Part shown: piece by piece, positions 58,728 through 64,000 of the stretch
Layout of the letters: the number at the start of each line of letters is the position of its first letter
Position numbering within the stretch: the stretch's first letter is position 1
Assembly (NCBI GenBank): GCA_030295235.1
Contig: AP026129.1
Span: 868,001-932,000 of the forward strand
DNA length: 64,000 nt
DNA from: Fistulifera solaris
Taxonomy: Eukaryota
Direction: 5' to 3'
The notes under the pieces: generated by a model
What the model saw: the letters and a program-made list of their open reading frames with translations, nothing else
The model's database searches: none
What the model was told of the DNA's origin: nothing
Made by a program: the position numbers and the translations under genes

Positions 58728-60207
58728 TCAGATATTGTCGAGATAAAAGTCCGCATCGTCGCTTTCTTCCTCTGCATTTCCTCCAAAATCATGAACGCAG
58801 ACGAAGTTTTTCATACCGTCGGTTACCAAAAGATTTTCGAGGAGACATAGACTTTTGACTGGGTCATCAAATCCCTCCATGAGAAAGAGCTCTTTCCCAG
58901 ACACTGGATTCCACGCCCGAATAGTGCCATCTACACCACTGGATACAAACTTTGTTGCGTCTATCGCTCTCAAGGAGGAAACAGCTCCGTGATGACCCCG
59001 GAAAACATGCGACTTTTTAGAAAGTCGTTGCGTAGAAAGTTTCGGCCATTGCTCAAGTCTCGGATTATCGTCTACTTTCCTAGGTATTATTTCCCATTGC
59101 TTGATCACTCCATTTTCATCACCAGTGAGTAGTAGATACGTCGGTTGCTCTCTTCCACGTCCCAAGGTCCCTGGACCCCCGCACGAGATACTAGTAAGTG
59201 CACCATTGTCACAGGCAGTCCATTGACCGTGTGGCATCGGGCAGCTATCACCCCCAGTAGCAGCCACTGCTAAAAAGATCCTTTACTTGATAGGCTACAA
59301 CCGTTCCATCTGAGCTGCCCAAATAAATAGAATGGCCGTCCGAATCCGCGCAATGCACCGTCAACCCTCCTTCCAAGACACAATTGTAAACGATATCGCC
59401 CGTTTCAACATTCCAGAAAGAAATGGATCCGTCTCGTGCCGCTGAAAACAAAATGTTTGTTTTCGGTAAAAGCTTCACGGCAACAATATCTGCGGAGTGA
59501 GCACCCTGAAATGTTTTGCACTCTTCTGGACATCGTTCCAAATCGTCATGAAGCAGCCATTGTTGAATGTCCGAACTATCGTTTATCGTGAAGAGATATA
59601 TTTCTTCGTGCTCCAGGATGTGGTTTACTGGGCCAGTGCCAATCGAAAATTGTTGCTGAATCAGGAAGGGTTCTTCGTCAGAGGCTGCCGTTTGACTCAT
59701 TTCGTCGTCACGAAGCAAGGCAGCAGGAGAATCGCCGTTTTGCTCGGATCGAAAGTACGCCCAATATTCTTTTCCCAGTTGAACTTTTAACACACTCCCA
59801 TCCGTTCGTCCCACCCAGATACAGCAACTTTCCTGATCGGATGCGGCAGCGATTGTCGAAATAATGACGTTATCTTCTTGGCTGGAAGTCCCGACGCTTT
59901 CCATTGAGAACCCCCGCACACACCAATTTCCAGTCTTCCAATTTCGCAAGATTCGCGCATCTTTTTGAATTTGCTCTTGCTGCATCGTTTGGACTCGTTG
60001 TTGCAGTGAGTTTGATGACTGTAAACTCAAGGATTCTCCTCCACCTCCAACAATTTGCCCCGCAAAGTCATCAAAGAATATTCGTTCTTCATCGTCGTTG
60101 CTGTCTTGTGAAAACCTTTGCCAGCTGGAAAACCGTCTTGATGCACCAAACAGAGTCCACCCGTGCGTTCCGTGGACGCAGAACAGAAGTATCAGATTTA
60201 AGAACAT
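58728..60207 (-). CDS. WD40-repeat protein with bipartite presequence
   Basis: AHSADI..LFSAARDGSISFWN and GHHGAVSSL..FVSSGVDGTIRAWN. Signal peptide ending THG-W. Indel near 59274. Confidence 0.85.
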
Positions 60208-60806
60208 TTTGATAACAAATAACGCAGCAGGTAAGGCAATTTCAGAAAATATAATCGTCTCATTGAGTATGTGTCGTCGAATGAATCATCGTTTCCCGTT
60301 GTTCTTTTTCGTCGGTTTTCTAACAGAGCCAAGCCTACTTTATAGCCTACACCAAGGCGGAACAGGGATCCGGGACGCCTTGTTCACGAGTCACCAATGA
60401 AATTCATCATTCTCTCAGCGCTGAACTTCCAATTGGCTCTTTTCTGGGTTCAATGTCATGTAATGCGTAGAAATGGTCGTCTCGAGACAGAGTGTTATGC
60501 TATCAACCTAAAAAGATCGCGTATAGGAACGGCGGCGGTTTAAAAGAAAGCTATCCGCTGCTGAAGTTTGGTGGGCGACACTTTTCTTACATACGATGTT
60601 ATGGAAAGAAAGTCTCGATTGTTTAAGTCAAGAATACTGGCGACTGGCGGATCGCGTTGTCTTTCAGTTTGACAAGAACAAGGCTGCATGTTAGATGTTA
60701 GTCATGAGTCATGATTCTTTCGAATCAAGCTGCTGTCTCTAGAGCTTTCGCTCATTTTACTGCTTTGATAAATTTGATAAATTAGGATATTTTAATGCTT
60801 AACCCA

Positions 60807-62527
60807 TTAACAGTGAGCAACATTAATAGGCACTTTCTTCTTCTTGTGTAAATACAATGTAGGTGCAAATGTTTGTTGGTTTAAGCGTACCATGAATCGA
60901 TGTCGAGCGTCTCGATCATCCGACCAGTCCATTGACCCGGCAGTTTGTCCAACCAGTTCAAATTCGTAGCGTTGTGTCAACAAACTCAACACCATTTTAC
61001 TTTCCAGTAGTGCCAAATGCTGTCCCAAGCAATTCCGAGGTCCGGCGATGAAAGGCAAGAACGTGTATGGGTCTCTCTGTGCAACCAGTTGCGCATTAAG
61101 AAAACGTTCGGGATCGAACTTCATGGGCTCGGGCCAAAATTCCGGGTTCCAGTGTACTCCTTGAATGTTGATTAAAATTGAGCTCCCTTTGGGGACATAG
61201 TAACTGTCCATATACAAGTCCTTAACGGTACGACGAGCCACGATGGGGACTACGGAATATTTTCGCAAAGACTCCCGCAGTGTGGCCTCGGAAAAGGTCA
61301 ACTTCGCGAGTGCTTCGGCGTGGGGTAAGTCCTGCGCGGTCGACGTGGCCCAATCCCTTTGCACATCAAAAACAGTGCACGCTTCTTGCAACAAAGGCTC
61401 TACAAGACGATCGGGGTCACCCATGAGTTCATAAAACGCCCAAGTCATCATGGCGGCGCTTGTTTCATGACCCGCTAACATGAAGGTTTTCATTTCATCC
61501 CGAAATTGTGTTACCATGTTTTCGGGTAAAAATTGCGGAATAGGATCACATTCCTTTTCATAGACCTGCAAGACACGATCCAAAACATCCTTTTCTCGCT
61601 CGCTGCTTCCTTCTTTCTCTTCTCGACGCCGTAGCGTCCATCGAGTCCGAATCAAGTGACTGACGTAGGTATTCAGTTTTCGAACATTTCGCTGATACTC
61701 CCACCAAAACGGCAAACCAATCAACCAGGCTCGATACGGATGCCACACGCGCTGATTGGATTCATCAACAATGGGCATGTAGATTCGCGCAAACGTTGAA
61801 TCGCTTTCTTCGGCCGAAAGTGACAAGAAGGCCCCGGATATTACTTGCAGAGTCAAGTGGCGAAGCGATTCTCCCAGTGGTACCGGCTGTTGTGTTTCTA
61901 CGGCGTGATCCATAGTCTTCATCAAATTTTGCAAGGCTTTCAATGTTTGCGCAGGGATTTGTGTCAAAATGTCGGAACGCAACGGTTGACTCATTTTCAA
62001 TCGTTGATGCATCCAAGATTGATCTTCCGACGTGACGATTCCCTGCCCTAGAATGACGAGAAAATGCTTGTACGTGTTGTGAACATCCTTTTGACGTGCG
62101 AAATTTTGCTTTGCAAGACGTATTTGAGCAAGACGGGGTCCGCGATACTAAACATCGTTTTGCCGAGGAGCGTAAAGCATACAATGGGTCCGTAAGCGAG
62201 ATGCCATGTCGTCAGTAAATCCCAAGGCCGATACCGTAGAAAGTTGAGGGCTTGTCCTAGGATGGGATACGCCCGTCCCTGTTTCGGGTGGTGCATGTAG
62301 GGCATACCGTAGATTCGTCCGGTTCTCCGTGACTGTTCGTTCCAGGCGAAAAGAGCCAAAACTCCTCCCAATACAATAGCCGACACGAAGGCAAAGGGAC
62401 GTTCTTGCCATAGGGAATGAAGATGATTCCTTAGGAATGAATAATAAAAAACGAAATAAAGGTGCTTGTTGTCATTGGTAGTCTTCGTTTGATTGGCGAA
62501 AGCGTCGAGCGACGATGTTATTGTCAT
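60807..62527 (-). CDS. Cytochrome P450
   Basis: AGHETSA, ESLR, PERF and FIAGPRNCLG. N-terminal anchor. Indel near 62090. The extreme C-terminus is uncertain because of a possible intron after RFM. Confidence 0.93.
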
Positions 62528-63258
62528 TGCCGCAATGAGAATCACGTTCTTATTTGTAAACACTCTTTCGCGACAGCAAGAAAAGGCAAATTTCTTTGTT
62601 TTAGTCGATGACAAATAAGGGAAAAGTATGAAGTGATAGGAAACAGTATTAGCAAGAAAGGAAAGAGGGTTCGTGTTTTTGCTTATTATCCTTGCATCGT
62701 CCCTTTCTCGCCTCCACCCGATACCAGTACCAGGTAGCGCAAAAATGCGACGAAACATCGGTAGCATTTTTTTGTTGCGTTTTGCGTTTGTCCGACGTTT
62801 CGGGGATGTCTAAGCGGTACTCCGGAGTACTACAGAATGCAAGTGTTTTCTGTCTGATTTTTACCACGATGTTATTTGGATCGAACGATCGATCATCTGT
62901 ATTTTTATGTTGAAACGACATTTGCGTTGAATTGATATGCATAAATCCGTTTTGACTTTTATGCTCTTTCGGTGAGCCCACCCACCGTTTTACAAATTTG
63001 AGTTAGCAAACAACCGAGCATGCCGATTAAGAGGTTTCCGAGTATTCTTGTTGCGACTTGGCCGGAAGCGTTGCCACATCCGGAGGAGACCGAAATTCTG
63101 TCGGTCGTCGTGTACCCGGATTGTATGCGATGGGGGTTACATGTGCGTGTTCACGATCATTTTCGTGTCAAGTGCTGGTGGAAGTAAGTGTAGCATCGTA
63201 GGGAATAGTCGCGGATTACTACATCGCACATCGTTTTTTAGTTGACTAGCTCATCGAT

Positions 63259-64000
63259 GTGTTCCTTCCAAAAGAGTTGTTAACAACCATTTTTTGCATC
63301 TGCAGAACATTTGGTTCCACCTTACCCGAAGATGAGTCGCTTTCGCTCATCGATATATTGCCCCCTTATGTACATCCATCCTTCATGGGAAATCGCATCG
63401 GATCGCAAGCGATTCAAGAATGGTCCTTTGTTCGGCGCATACCGTTCTGGACGGTGTACGTAATGACCGTGGATAAGACAATCGATGCGGCCCCGGTGTT
63501 GCAACATCTTTTTCGGGATGTTCCCTGTCGTTTGTTTGCTGTGCAGCATTCTGATTTCTTTGCGGACCAAGCGGCCGACATTCAAGATGTTCCTATCTCT
63601 CTCGTGTCATCGCTGCAGGCCGTTTTGCGTGATGCCGAACAAGAGGACGGGCCACCGCCATCGATCTTGCTGTTGGATACGAATCAAACGCCTTTGCAAT
63701 ACGCAGCGTGTGATGGAACTCAAGTTCTTGGTTTCGGTACCGGTCCTTCGTGGAACATTCCGCTCTCCGGTCCGCAAGAAATTTTTCGCGCTCCAGAGTC
63801 ACTAAACCCAGCAATCTTCCTGCGTATCAGCAGCTCATCGGGATCGTATACGCGTGGGAACATCAAACGAAACACAAAAAACAGTGCATTTGGATCTATG
63901 GTAGTAATAAGAGCCATGTGGAGCGGATCGAAGGCATTCTCAAACAAGAGTTAGGCAGCAACATGACCATCAGAACCATCCCCGATCTCGTTCATCGGGG
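63259..64000 (+). CDS. Hypothetical protein, probably partial and running off the window
   Basis: 231-aa ORF with coding-like composition. LLLDTNQTPLQYAACDGTQVLGFGTGP weakly recalls type III pantothenate kinase. Boundaries unclear. Confidence 0.4.

Noticed and set aside
894..62100. Programmed ribosomal frameshifting as the cause of split ORFs
   Set aside because: Too many unrelated genes are affected, there is no shared slippery motif, and the homopolymer context points to sequencing error.
62528..62767. N-terminal extension of the P450 ORF in the track
   Set aside because: It crosses AT-rich promoter-like DNA that includes a TACCAGGTA site. ATG 62527 gives a more typical anchor-first P450.
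63640..63750. Type III pantothenate kinase call for the last ORF
   Set aside because: Only a degenerate resemblance to the DxGT..GGxIxPG region, and the gene is truncated by the window.
1..64000. Transposons, tRNA, rRNA
   Set aside because: No transposase, reverse transcriptase or integrase motifs, terminal repeats or cloverleaf patterns were recognised by eye. Short RNAs could have been missed.

Overview
Gene-dense eukaryotic window, inferred to be a pennate diatom from its short GT-AG introns with CTAAC-type branch sites and its diatom-type families (DUF285, class C GPCR, type II membrane JmjC). About 34 protein-coding loci are supported, including an HMG-box factor, DnaJ/DnaJ-X, RPC11 (absent from the ORF track), M1 aminopeptidase, MSH4, MBOAT, METTL18-like, M20 hydrolase, class C GPCR, sulfotransferase-like, ARM, WD40 and P450 genes. 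About 17 single-base frameshifts, mostly in homopolymers, look like long-read consensus errors, whereas one JmjC copy is a true pseudogene. The most striking element is a secreted protein (41333-42415, minus) with four identical QPDCRLCPNDDD peptides that differ only at synonymous sites. This is a candidate ribosomal peptide (pheromone-like) precursor. The same window encodes a secretory-pathway JmjC hydroxylase, a sulfotransferase, peptidases and a GPCR, but any functional link among them is inference. I recognised no tRNA, rRNA, CRISPR array or intact mobile element. All calls come from reading the sequence by eye, with no database searches.
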